DNA of 64,000 nt, from the NCBI GenBank assembly GCA_965218795.1, contig OZ244653.1, positions 4,256,001 to 4,320,000 of the forward strand, in the 5' to 3' direction. This DNA comes from a bacterium. Its GTDB lineage: Bacteria > UBA8248 > JACPRG01 > G963555815. The position numbers were made by a program, and so were the translations under genes. The notes under the pieces were generated by a model. The model had not been told where the DNA came from. It ran no database searches and saw nothing but the letters and a program-made list of their open reading frames with translations. Below are positions 18,341 through 28,062 of the stretch, in pieces (within the stretch, counting starts at the first letter, position 1; each line of letters opens with the position of its first letter).

Positions 18341-20107
18341 CTACGCTGTGCCGGGCCGGGCCTCCCCCCGAAAACTGGGAGGGCGGGGCCGGAAGCCCGG
18401 CCCCGAGGCGCGCAATTGCGGTTCTCCGGACGGAGGAATCCGCAGATAACGGAGAGTCTTTTCGGCGATTTCTCGGAAGACGGGCGCGGCAATGACCCCT
18501 CCGTACGTATGCGTCTTGGGGTGGTCGATCGAGACGAAGATCACGACCCGCGGGCGCTCCACGGGTGCGAAGCCGACAAAGGAGGCCACGAACCGTTCCT
18601 TGGAATAGGCGCGGGTGGCCGGGTCGATCTGCTGGGCCGTGCCCGTTTTCCCGGCGGCGGAATAACCTCGCGGCCGCGCCGCCTTTCCGGTACCGTGCTC
18701 GACGACGCCGGCGAGCATTCTTTTCAGTGTTCGTGCCGTGCGTGCGGAGAGGACCCGGCGGACGATTTTCGGAGCGAAAACGCGAACCGCTTGGCCTTGA
18801 TCCCGAATGAGCCTGACGATGCGGGGACGCATCAGGTAGCCGCCGTTGGCGACCGCCGCATAGGCCATCGCCACTTGCAGGACGGTGGCGGCTACCTCTT
18901 GTCCGATGGGAACCGCGGCGATTGAGCCGCGCGTCCAATCCTTCGTTTTTCTTACCAGTCCTGGGGATTCCGAAGGCAGTCCCGAGCGCGTCGATACGCC
19001 GAACCCGAAGCGGCGAATGGTACGGTAGAGCCTTTCCGGCCCCATCTTTTCCGCAATCTGGATCGTGCAGATGTTGCTGGAGACCTGGAGCACCCGCGCG
19101 ACGGAAAGTTTGCCGTAGGGATGGACGTCGCGGACGGTCCGTCCGCCGATGCGGTAGCGTCCCTTCCGGCAGTCGAACCGATCCCGCGGAGAGGTTCCAC
19201 GCCTCTCCAGGTAGGCCGCCATGGTAACGAGCTTGAACGTCGACCCCGGCTCGAACACCGTGGTAATGCCCGGTATTCCGCGGCTCCCGCTCGGAGCGTT
19301 GCGAAAGCGGTTGGGGTTGAAGCCTGGGGAAGCGGCCAGGGCCAGGATTCTCCCCGTATCCGGCTCCAGGACAAGGGCGGTTCCCGACTTCGCCCGGGTT
19401 TTTTCCAACGCCCGGTCTAGTGCGGACTCGGCAAAGTACTGAACGGCTTCATCAATGGTGAGAACCAGGTCTGAGCCCCGCCGGGGCGGTTGTTGCAGCA
19501 TCTCGAGGGGATACAGGTTCCGACCGCGGCCGTCGCGGGAGACCCGGATGCTGTCGGAGACCCCGCGGAGGTAGGGGTCATACGCATACTCCAGGCCCTC
19601 GAGGCCTTTGTTGTCAACACCGACGAATCCCAGTAAAAGGCCACCCAGCGAGTCCTTCGGGTAATAACGCTTGCCCCCGGAAACCGTTCCAACCCCCGCG
19701 AGCTTCAGTTTACGCACGCGCTTGGCCTCTTGGAGGGTCGTTTGGCGCTTCAGCCAGACAAATGGCTGCTTCGACGCCATCTTCTTTCGGGTTTCCGGTT
19801 CGGGCAGCGAGAGTGCTTCGGAGAGGAGCCGGGCTGCGGCAGGCGGCCTTGCCAGGGCGGCCGGCCGTACAAAGACGGAATCAGCAAGAACGCTCAGGGC
19901 AAGCGTCCGACCCCGCTGATCCAAAATGGTCCCACGCTGAGGCTGGATGGGAACACTCTTCGTATACTGCCGCAAAGCCCGGCCCAGGGTGAGCGAATTG
20001 GGTGTCACCTGCAGCTGATAGAGCCGCACGGCGACCGTGCATAATCCTGCGATCAGCAGGGTGAGGAATATCTTTTGACGTCGCCGGAAAGGTTCCAGGG
20101 TTTTCAA
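18341..20107 (-). CDS. ftsI: Class B penicillin-binding protein FtsI/PBP3
   Basis: RGTILD, GLEGLE, EPGSTFK (SxxK), SSN, KTGTAQ; TTG start overlapping ftsL stop. Confidence 0.95.
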   Translation of the reverse strand: MKTLEPFRRRQKIFLTLLIAGLCTVAVRLYQLQVTPNSLTLGRALRQYTKSVPIQPQRGTILDQRGRTLALSVLADSVFVRPAALARPPAAARLLSEALSLPEPETRKKMASKQPFVWLKRQTTLQEAKRVRKLKLAGVGTVSGGKRYYPKDSLGGLLLGFVGVDNKGLEGLEYAYDPYLRGVSDSIRVSRDGRGRNLYPLEMLQQPPRRGSDLVLTIDEAVQYFAESALDRALEKTRAKSGTALVLEPDTGRILALAASPGFNPNRFRNAPSGSRGIPGITTVFEPGSTFKLVTMAAYLERRGTSPRDRFDCRKGRYRIGGRTVRDVHPYGKLSVARVLQVSSNICTIQIAEKMGPERLYRTIRRFGFGVSTRSGLPSESPGLVRKTKDWTRGSIAAVPIGQEVAATVLQVAMAYAAVANGGYLMRPRIVRLIRDQGQAVRVFAPKIVRRVLSARTARTLKRMLAGVVEHGTGKAARPRGYSAAGKTGTAQQIDPATRAYSKERFVASFVGFAPVERPRVVIFVSIDHPKTHTYGGVIAAPVFREIAEKTLRYLRIPPSGEPQLRASGPGFRPRPPSFRGEARPGTA

Positions 20108-20436
20108 CGTCCCATTCCGTCGGAATCGGCCTGCCTCTGGGCCCGGACCCAAATGACCTGTCCCGGTTTCGGGTCGGTCAGGCCCAGGCGCTCACGGGCG
20201 ACGGCCTCAATTCTGCGCAGGGATTGTAGTCTCGCGCGCGTCAGGCGAAGGCGGCGGTTTTCCCTGAGAAGCTCGGTCTGCTGAACGCGCAGCGAGCGGT
20301 ACTCGTAACGCAACCGGAGGTCGTGAAGCCGCGGCCAGGCCAGGGCGACGGCCGCGGCCGCCAGAATCGGCACACAAACCAGAACGTACCATCGGCCGTC
20401 CTGCCCCCTCCGTGTCAGGAAGCGGAATCCCTTCAA
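20104..20436 (-). CDS. ftsL: Cell division protein FtsL
   Basis: TM plus coiled coil, RIEAVARERLGL; between rsmH and ftsI. Confidence 0.85.
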   Translation of the reverse strand: MKGFRFLTRRGQDGRWYVLVCVPILAAAAVALAWPRLHDLRLRYEYRSLRVQQTELLRENRRLRLTRARLQSLRRIEAVARERLGLTDPKPGQVIWVRAQRQADSDGMGR

Positions 20437-21410
20437 TTGTTATCCCTCCGCTCGGCCGCGCGGAACAGCGCGCTCCGGCACCGCGGATTCTCCCGGATCT
20501 CCGGTTCGCCCGGTTTCAATGGTCTTTTCGTCAGGATGTCGAGAATTCGGGGCCCCTCCGTCCCGGTCAGGGGGAACCGCCCGCCATTGTCATTTCCGGT
20601 CGCCAGCCTGCGGAAGGTCTGCTTGACCAGCCGGTCCTCGAGGGAATGGTAGGAGATGGCGACGATTCTTCCTCCCGGCCGAAGCCGTTCAGCGGCGGAC
20701 TCCAGAGCGTTCGGTATCGCGTCAAGCTCGTTGTTCACGGCGATCCGAAGGGCCTGAAATGTCCGCGTGGCCGGGTGACGCTGGGTCGGCCAGTACCGGG
20801 AAGGGATAGACGAGGCGACAATCGCGGCCAGTTCCGCGGTCGTCTTGATGGAAGACTTCCGCCGGATGTGCACGATGTTTCGGGTAATACGCTTGGAGAA
20901 CCTTTCTTCGCCAAAGGTCCGCAGGATTCCGTTCAGGTCCGCTGCGGAAAGCTTGTTCACCAGGGTCGCGGCCGTGGTCTCCTGGTCCCGGTCCATTCGC
21001 ATGTCCAACGGGCCCGGATGTGTCCATCCGAACCCGCGGTCGGGCTCGTCGACCTGCGGGGAGGACATGCCGAAGTCAAAGAGGACGCCGTTGATTTCCC
21101 GGATTCCGAGGTCGTCCAAGGCGGCCGCGAGGTTCGAGAAGTTCTCTTTGACCAAGTGGACCCGTGCCCCGAACCGCGCGAGCCGGCTGGCGGTGGATTC
21201 CAGGGCCTCCGCGTCACGGTCGATTCCGATGAGCCGGGCGCCGTCTCCGACCGCCTCCAGGATGGCCTCGGTATGACCGCCGTAACCGACCGTCGCGTCC
21301 AGGTAGTCGCCCGATACGGGACGCAGGAATTCCAGGGTGCGATCAACCATGACGGGCTTATGGAGGGCATGTCCGGTCATGATGTCGATTTCCGCGGTTG
21401 TGGTTGCCAT
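20433..21410 (-). CDS. rsmH: 16S rRNA m4C1402 methyltransferase
   Basis: HKPVM, DATVGYGGH, PLDMRMD, HPATRTFQALRIAVN, SYHSLEDR. Confidence 0.97.
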   Translation of the reverse strand: MATTTAEIDIMTGHALHKPVMVDRTLEFLRPVSGDYLDATVGYGGHTEAILEAVGDGARLIGIDRDAEALESTASRLARFGARVHLVKENFSNLAAALDDLGIREINGVLFDFGMSSPQVDEPDRGFGWTHPGPLDMRMDRDQETTAATLVNKLSAADLNGILRTFGEERFSKRITRNIVHIRRKSSIKTTAELAAIVASSIPSRYWPTQRHPATRTFQALRIAVNNELDAIPNALESAAERLRPGGRIVAISYHSLEDRLVKQTFRRLATGNDNGGRFPLTGTEGPRILDILTKRPLKPGEPEIRENPRCRSALFRAAERRDNN

Positions 21411-21458
21411 CTGTGAATTCCTGTCGCCCCTCGCGGGTCCGTATGGGGACGTGTCCCC

Positions 21459-21896
21459 CTAAAATCCGATTCCCGCCGCGGCTGCGATTTCCACCATCCG
21501 ACCCTGAGCGGGCTGGACCTCCTGCTCCCAACGGTCCCGGCTCCAGACCTCGAACTTGACGCCAATGCCGGACATGAGAACCTCTTTCTCCAGCCCGGCG
21601 TCTGTCCGTAGATGTTCCGGGATGAGGATTCGGCCCTGGCCATCCACTTGGCAATCCGCCGCGTTGGCGTAAAATATCCGCAGGAAGTTGCGGACGTCCT
21701 CCTGGCTGGTGTCCAGCTCGCGGGCTCGCCGCTCCACTTCCTGCCATTCGTCCATCGGGTAGGCCACCAAACAGCGGTCCCAGAGGGTGATGACCAGTTG
21801 GTTGGACCCCCGGACGCTGAGGCTCTCCCGGAATTTGGCGGGCACACTGATCCTGCCTTTGGGATCCAATTTGACTTGGTGTTTCCCGATGAACAT
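21459..21896 (-). CDS. mraZ: Transcriptional regulator MraZ
   Basis: LDPKGRISVP and VDGQGRILIP repeats; first gene of dcw cluster. Confidence 0.96.
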   Translation of the reverse strand: MFIGKHQVKLDPKGRISVPAKFRESLSVRGSNQLVITLWDRCLVAYPMDEWQEVERRARELDTSQEDVRNFLRIFYANAADCQVDGQGRILIPEHLRTDAGLEKEVLMSGIGVKFEVWSRDRWEQEVQPAQGRMVEIAAAAGIGF

Positions 21897-21907
21897 GAGT
21901 GGGGTTC

Positions 21908-21942
21908 TCCACTTCTTCCCACTTTATGGAAAAATTCACCAC
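21908..21942 (-). promoter_or_regulatory. MraZ-binding GTGG boxes on a 10-bp register
   Basis: Minus strand GTGGTgaatt-tttccataaa-GTGGGaagaa-GTGGA: boxes at offsets 0, 20 and 30. Confidence 0.8.
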
Positions 21943-21944
21943 CG

Positions 21945-21973
21945 ATGATGGCAGGATGACAAAAAGTTGTCAA
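21945..21973 (-). promoter_or_regulatory. Sigma70-type dcw promoter
   Basis: TTGACA (21973-21968), 17-bp spacer, TGc-CATCAT (21950-21945), immediately upstream of the MraZ boxes. Confidence 0.75.
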
Positions 21974-22410
21974 GCGGAATTCAAGCGATTTACCAACTTT
22001 TGATAAACAAAAGTAAAACGAAAATCTCGGATTGTTTTTTTCGGATCTACCCTGCGAGGTTCGAAACTCGATAACAGCGGTCACGGGTTTATTCTCATTC
22101 TTACAACGGAATCTTGTAATCCTTGGATAAAAAAGGGCCTCGTTCCGCTATGCCCATGCCCATCACGATTTCCTGAATGTCTTATATCTAATTGAAAATA
22201 TGTCGATGATTGGATTGTGGGCAATGGCCGAATGATTATCGGTCTCCCCTCTCCTCCTTCATATCATCGCAAGCGGCATAGCACTGCCCGGCCCCTCGAA
22301 AATCGATCAGATCCCTCCCGACGAATGATTGGGGGAATCCAACCTCCCTTTGCTTTCTTGATTTGAGTCGAGGAGGGACAGCTTCGTTCTGAAAAATTTC
22401 GGTGGGATGA

Positions 22411-22457
22411 TGAAAGGAAAAAGGACGGAGGGGGAGGCTCGCTTCTCCCCTCCGTTC
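22411..22457 (-). terminator. Intrinsic terminator closing the LPS operon
   Basis: Long hairpin GGACGGAGGGGGAGGC/GCTTCTCCCCTCCGTTC followed on minus strand by TTTTTCCTTTC. Confidence 0.75.
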
Positions 22458-22718
22458 ATAGGGACAAATTCTTGAAGATCCCCGCTATTTCTTCTTAGGT
22501 GGGGCGCGCCGAACTTTTCGAACGGCGGGCAAGGGCTTCAGCCACCGCAGAAGACCGTTTTCTCCTCGATCGGGTGGGTCAAGGTCGCCCCAGGCCGCCT
22601 GGCCCGCAAGGGCCCGCGCGCTCAAGGAGACCTGTTCCCGTCTGGCCGGAGGCCGTCCAATGCGCGGCGACGAATCCTGTGCATCGCCTGTTCATGAGAT
22701 CTCCCCCGAGGCAAGGTT

Positions 22719-23483
22719 TCATTCGAAAATATAGCTGAACTGCTCCGCCGTTCCCTTTTCCTCATGCCAATCGGGCGATTCGATGGACTGGCCCGTTTCT
22801 TCCATCTCTGTAAGGATGTAGAGTAGCGGCCCGACGGTGTGGTCGGGGTTCCAGCACTGCTGGCCGACGAAGTAGCCCCTCGGAGAGTTCCGCTGAAAGT
22901 AGGTATACGCGAGTCCCGGGCAAAGGGCATTCACGCGGATGTTGTGCTCTTTCTCCGTCACGGAGAGGCACCACGTGATCCCCTCGACCGACCATTTGGT
23001 GGATATGTATGGAATGCTTCGGATGTGCGAGAAGCCATAGCGGGCCGTCGTGGAAGATATGTTGACGATGTGACCCGCCTTCTGTTCCCTCATGTGAGGC
23101 AGGACCTCCCTTGTGCAGAGGAAGACTCCGTTCACGTTGACCTGGTAGACTGCTTTCCATTCTTCATAGCCCGCCTCGACGAAGTCGCCGCTCGGCCCCG
23201 ACACCCCGGCGTTGTTCACCAAAACGTCAATCCGCCCGAACTGGCCGATGGTTTTCCGGACCATGTCCCCCACCTGTTCTTCGTCGGACACATCAGCTTC
23301 CACAGCCAGAGCCGATCCTCCTGCGGATGCGATCGTGTCCGCGACCCGTTCTGCTTCCTCCATGTCCCGGTCCACCACCGTGACGTTGGCCCCCTCCGCG
23401 GCGACGCCCTTGCTCATGTTCTCGCCGAAGCTGCGTCCGCCCCCCGTTATGATGACGGTCTGCCCCTCCAATTTGCCGCCCAT
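22719..23483 (-). CDS. Short-chain dehydrogenase/reductase
   Basis: AAGGAG RBS; TGGGRSFG, NNAG, NISS, YISTK, RVNALCPG. Confidence 0.9.
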   Translation of the reverse strand: MGGKLEGQTVIITGGGRSFGENMSKGVAAEGANVTVVDRDMEEAERVADTIASAGGSALAVEADVSDEEQVGDMVRKTIGQFGRIDVLVNNAGVSGPSGDFVEAGYEEWKAVYQVNVNGVFLCTREVLPHMREQKAGHIVNISSTTARYGFSHIRSIPYISTKWSVEGITWCLSVTEKEHNIRVNALCPGLAYTYFQRNSPRGYFVGQQCWNPDHTVGPLLYILTEMEETGQSIESPDWHEEKGTAEQFSYIFE

Positions 23484-23524
23484 AGCTGGATACTCCTTTC
23501 GCCGTTTCATGTTGGGTTTTCTGC

Positions 23525-24706
23525 TCAGGACGCCTGGGCCTGGATCTCCCGGTGGATCTCCAGCATTTGATCCGTGTTGGCGGAAACGGGATATCGTTCC
23601 GCAAGGGCGCGGGCCGCAGCCCCCATTCGCGTTCGGACATCCTCGTCGAGCAGAGACTCGAAATACCCGGCCATGGCATCCACGTCCTCGGCCTGTTCGA
23701 GGATGTAACCGTTTTCGCCTTGGGTCAGAATCTCCGCGGCCCCGCAGGCCCGGCTGACGATGCAGGGAAGTCCGCTGGCCAATGCCTCCAGGCAGGCGAA
23801 GCCGAACGGTTCGTAGAGCGACGGCAAACAGAACAGGTCGGCCGCGCGGTAGACGTCCGGCGGGTGTTCATCGGCAGCCGTGAAACGTACGTTCTTTCCC
23901 ATCCCCCATCGCTCCGCCATCCGGGCGGCTCCCCCCCGCCCCCCGGGCCTTCCCATCGAGACAATGCAAATCTTCGCGCCGCGACCCTTGAGGACCGCGC
24001 CCGCCCGGAGCAGATTTGCAAATCCCTTCCGGAAAATCCCCGACCCGACGAAAAGGATCGCAACGTCGTCGGGGGCAAGGCCGAGCCGCTTCCGCAGCCG
24101 GTTTTTCTCTTCCGGGCCTTGGGCAGGTGAGAATTGCTCCGAATCCACGCCATTGTAAATGACTTTGATGTGTTCTTCATCAATGCCGGTCCCGTCGGTT
24201 CCTCCATAATGTCGGAGGATATCCTCCCGTACCCGTTGGGAAATTGCGACGACGCGGGGAGAGAGAGCCCCGGAAAAGAGCCGGCGCTCCACGCCGAGGT
24301 GGAAGGCGTGAACCGGGTCCAACCGGTGGCGTATCCGGGCCACCGGAGGCAGATTCCGGGCCGCCACCCGTAGCCATTCGCGGTGACACCCCTCGCCCGC
24401 GCGGTAGATCCCGTGGATGGGCACGCGGTCAAAATTGAAGATCGCGTTGAAGGACTCTCCCCGAAGGGCGGCGATGGCGCCCCGGGCAAAGCTGCGCGCC
24501 TTGGACGCGGAAAGTCCGCCCATTCGCCCCACGGGCCGGCGAACGACCGCGGACGGGAGCCCTTCCCAGCGCCGTGCGAACAGGTAGACTTCGTGACCCC
24601 GGGCGGCCAGGTCTCGAGCAAATCCCCAGACGTACCGTTCTACGCCGCCGCGGCGGTGGACGGCGTTGCGCACAAGGGCGATTCGCAGGATTCGATCAGT
24701 GTTCAT
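23525..24706 (-). CDS. GT4 glycosyltransferase (WaaG-like LPS core)
   Basis: GGVERY, VIYNGVD, RKG, PSLYEPFGFACLEA. Confidence 0.9.
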   Translation of the reverse strand: MNTDRILRIALVRNAVHRRGGVERYVWGFARDLAARGHEVYLFARRWEGLPSAVVRRPVGRMGGLSASKARSFARGAIAALRGESFNAIFNFDRVPIHGIYRAGEGCHREWLRVAARNLPPVARIRHRLDPVHAFHLGVERRLFSGALSPRVVAISQRVREDILRHYGGTDGTGIDEEHIKVIYNGVDSEQFSPAQGPEEKNRLRKRLGLAPDDVAILFVGSGIFRKGFANLLRAGAVLKGRGAKICIVSMGRPGGRGGAARMAERWGMGKNVRFTAADEHPPDVYRAADLFCLPSLYEPFGFACLEALASGLPCIVSRACGAAEILTQGENGYILEQAEDVDAMAGYFESLLDEDVRTRMGAAARALAERYPVSANTDQMLEIHREIQAQAS

Positions 24707-24729
24707 TTCTTGAACATCATGGAATGGAT

Positions 24730-25003
24730 TCTTCCTGTCTCAGCCGGCTGATCATATCCGGCAGTCTTTCAACGCGATGACGATGCGCGTGCTCCCGCTG
24801 CGCCCGTTCATGGCTTTGCGGGCCATCTCCGAGGTCTTCTCCGGCTGGGAGAAGTAGTGTTCGATCTTATGCCGCAACTCCTCACGATTGCGGTAGGTGG
24901 CGACTTCTTTACCCGGCTCAAAGAAGTCCCCGATGTCCTCCTTGTGGTTCACCAGGAGGAATCCGCCACCGGCTTGGTCGTGCGTGGCGATGAGGAATTT
25001 CAT
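24730..25003 (-). pseudogene. CgeB/Glyco_trans_1_2-type glycosyltransferase remnant
   Basis: MKFLIATH joined directly to C-terminal GGFLL...FEPGKEVATY...EL...IEHY; the expected EHxxxHR tail (REHAHRHRVERL) lies in another frame. Confidence 0.7.
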
Positions 25004-26178
25004 CGGACTTCAGCCAGGAGAGCGCGGATCCGCCTCTCCAGCTCCTCGGCCATGAGCGCGTTTCCTGCGGGGGTGAAATGACCGTCCTTGTCGTAGAAAA
25101 GATCCGCGGCATCGGGCCGCCGGAATGCGGGCCGCAGATCCCAACAGGAAATCCCCGCCTTCCCGCAGAGCGAGAGAAGGTCTTCGAACAGGCTTCCCTC
25201 GTACACCTTACCGCAAGCGAAATAGGATTTTCTCCGTCCTTTGCACCAGGCCATCGGGTGGATCATGTGTCCTGTCGGGTGAATGGAAAGCGCGAATCTC
25301 ATTCCATTCGCTTCGGCCATGTTTCGGATCCAGGCGATGTACGTCAATGTCCGTCCCACCTGCTCCCGTTAAACCGCTCCCGGATTCGGGCCCAGCCGCG
25401 TCCAGCCGTATTTGTCGTATTCGATATCGCCCAGCCGCTTGCGCACCCACGGCTTGTGCGTCCTCCGAATCCAGTGCCAGACCCCGCACCTGAGAAGGTA
25501 AATGTCGCGCCAGGGCGGGCCCGGGAGGGATTCCAGGAAGTGACGGCCGCAGGTCGGGTAGGGCGGAAGGAGGCCCTCATGTCCCACCCGGAGAAGTTTT
25601 CCATCTCCATCCTGAACGGCGCCCTTTTCGTAGAAATGGTCGTCCGCGAAGTCCGACCCGTCGAAGTTGAGCAGGACAAAGTCCCCCGGCAGCTTGTCCA
25701 CGAATTCCTTGAGCCGGAGGAACTCCAGCAGGGGCGAGAAACTCGCGACGCCGAGATTCGCCACTTCATAAGTGATGCCCTCCTTCGGCGGACGCGCGTT
25801 CAGGCGGTGCTCGAGCCGCTTGATGAAGCTATCCGCCAGATCGGAGGAGTAGCCTTCCGTAAAGGAATCTCCCAAGGCCAGGATGCGGTAGGTCGAGGAC
25901 GGCTTTGCGCGGGGGTATCCCCGATCGCGCATCCCCAGGGAGTTGATTTGGTAGGAGGCGCGGAATTCTCCCTTGGCGGTGTTGGTTCCGGACGCACCCG
26001 GGACCAGTCCGTGATGGTAAACGGGGTGGTGCCGGCGAAATGGGGGCATCTTGTGACGGCCGACGATTCGGATCGAACGGGAGTCCTTGTATCGAAGGAC
26101 GGCCTCGCCGATCCCAAGGGCGATACAAATCGACAAGGCCAGCAACAGAAGATTCTTGGCTCGATTGGACAGGGACAC
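25000..26178 (-). pseudogene. Membrane-anchored SGNH/GDSL hydrolase (acyl-transfer like) interrupted by in-frame TAA
   Basis: ORFs 25369-26178 (LGDSFTEG, NLGV) and 25000-25359 (DKDGHFTPAGN) are in one frame: GCG GTT TAA CGG GAG CAG GTG. Confidence 0.8.
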
Positions 26179-26187
26179 GGGGCGGAT

Positions 26188-26847
26188 TCAGTCGACTCGC
26201 CGGGCGCCGGGATTTCTTTTGGAGACGAGGAACTCTCCGAGAAAAAGGTGCGGCAGCCCCGACTTCTCAAAGGTCTCCACCGCCTCAGCCGGCGAGCAGA
26301 CGATGGGTTCTCCGTGAAGATTGAAAGATGTGTTCAGGACACCGCCCACCCCCGTCCGCTCTTCAAAGCGCCGCACGAGCCGATGATAGGCAGGATGGTC
26401 CGTCTCTCGCAGGATTTGGGGCCGCGCGGTCGCGTCATATGGATGGATGGCTGCGGGCAGGCATTCGCGTCCTTCGGGGGTGGTGTCAAAGGCCAGCATC
26501 ATGAAGGGGGATTGCAGCCCCTTTGGATTTTTCAAGTAGTCGAGTGCCCGCTCGGCCAGCACCGTCGGCGCGAAGGGCATCCAGAAATCCCTGCTTTTGA
26601 TCATCTTGTTGAGCCGGGCCACGACCCGAACATCACGGGGGTCCGCCAGGATGGACCGCGGTTCCCGAGTGCCCGCGCCTCCGTCCGGTAGAAAACCGAG
26701 GCAATAATCGACCGATTGGCGGGGGTATCCCCCTTCGTTCTTCCTCCGGGTGAACCGCTCCTCGCTCACGCAGGCGACGATTCGGCCGTCGACCAACAGG
26801 GCGGCGGTCGCGCAGTGGGAATCGGTAATCCCCAGAATGACCGTCAT
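26188..26847 (-). pseudogene. NodU/CmcH-family carbamoyltransferase with large internal deletion
   Basis: N-terminal ILGITDSHCATAALL...EERFTRRKN fused to C-terminal RSILADPR...RDFWMPFAP...LNTSFNLHGEPIV; 219 aa versus roughly 550-600 aa typical for the family. Confidence 0.85.
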
Positions 26848-28061
26848 GGCGCGCGCTCCGTCATGACGGGAGCGGCGTCCGGACCATCAGTCGCCGCCGT
26901 CTGCCCCAGAACGCCCCGGTAAACGCCCACCCATTTACGGGTCCAGACGAGACGGTCGTACTCGGATTCGGCCCGCGCCCGTGAAGCCGCCCCCAGTTGA
27001 CGCCGGAGATCGGAGTTCCGTACGATCCGTTCCATGGCGCCGGCCAAGGCGGACGGATCCTCCGGAGGCACGACAAGCCCCGCCGCGCCGTCCTCCAGCA
27101 GTTCCCGTACGGATCCCACATCCGTTGCGACCACGGGTTTGCCGAGGGCCATCCATTCCAGGACGGCGCGGCTGGTTCCCTCTGAGCTTCGGGCGGCAAA
27201 CAGACCTGCATCGGCGGCCGACAGGGCGGCCGGGAGGTCGTTACGAAACCCAAGGAAATGAACCGCGTCCTCGATCCCCAGGTCGGCGGCCCGGACGGCC
27301 ACTTTTCCCTGGTCTCCTCCCGAGCCGGCCATCATCAGACGGGCGGGGAGGCCGCGGTCTTTCCGTAGCCGGGCGAGCGCGTCGACCGCATCCATGTGGC
27401 CTTTGAGGGGGATGAAACTGGAAGACATGCCAAAGACGATTTCTCCGTCCGGGATTTTGAATTGCGCCCGAATTTCATGACTGTCCGGGCCCGGCCGGAA
27501 GTCCCGCGTGTCGACACCGCCGCGCAGCGTAATGAACCGCGGCTCCTGGAACACCCGGGTTTTCATGTACCCCCGGCGGATCGTCTCCGTCGCCGCGGCG
27601 GTCTGGGCGGTTGCGTGGTTGTAGAGCCAGCGGTTCAGCCAATGTGTGCGCACCGGTTGCAGGATGTGCCTGGAACGAATCAAGGCGGGCGGGCGGCTAT
27701 GCGTTCCGGCGATCAGGCGACGCGCGGCGGCGGCGAGCCAATGGTCCTGTCCCCGGTGGGCGTGAAGAACCTGAATCCGGTCCTGGCGCCATCGCTCGAC
27801 GATCCCCCGAATGTCGTGAATCCAGGCCTTTGGTGCGAACCCCGTCCGGAAGGAGAGAAACATGATGCGCCGGACGCCGGCATTCGACGCTCGTTCCGCC
27901 ACGCCCCCGCCCCCGCCTTTGCGGCAAATGAGGATGACGTTGTGGCCCAACTCCTGGAGTCCCAGCGTGAGGGAGACCGCCGCCCATGCGTCCGAGCTCC
28001 AGCCCCGGCAGCTCATGAGCTGGAGGATGCCGAGCGGCTCCTCTTTTGAGTCCTCGGCCAA
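26844..28061 (-). CDS. GT4 glycosyltransferase
   Basis: HAH, KGH, SEGTSRAVLEWMALGKPVVATDVG. Confidence 0.88.
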   Translation of the reverse strand: MAEDSKEEPLGILQLMSCRGWSSDAWAAVSLTLGLQELGHNVILICRKGGGGGVAERASNAGVRRIMFLSFRTGFAPKAWIHDIRGIVERWRQDRIQVLHAHRGQDHWLAAAARRLIAGTHSRPPALIRSRHILQPVRTHWLNRWLYNHATAQTAAATETIRRGYMKTRVFQEPRFITLRGGVDTRDFRPGPDSHEIRAQFKIPDGEIVFGMSSSFIPLKGHMDAVDALARLRKDRGLPARLMMAGSGGDQGKVAVRAADLGIEDAVHFLGFRNDLPAALSAADAGLFAARSSEGTSRAVLEWMALGKPVVATDVGSVRELLEDGAAGLVVPPEDPSALAGAMERIVRNSDLRRQLGAASRARAESEYDRLVWTRKWVGVYRGVLGQTAATDGPDAAPVMTERAP

Positions 28062-28062
28062 G

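Noticed and set aside
25369-25371. Recoding at the in-frame stop of the SGNH gene
   Set aside because: The stop is TAA, not TGA or TAG, it is not at a catalytic position, and both neighbours are pseudogenes.
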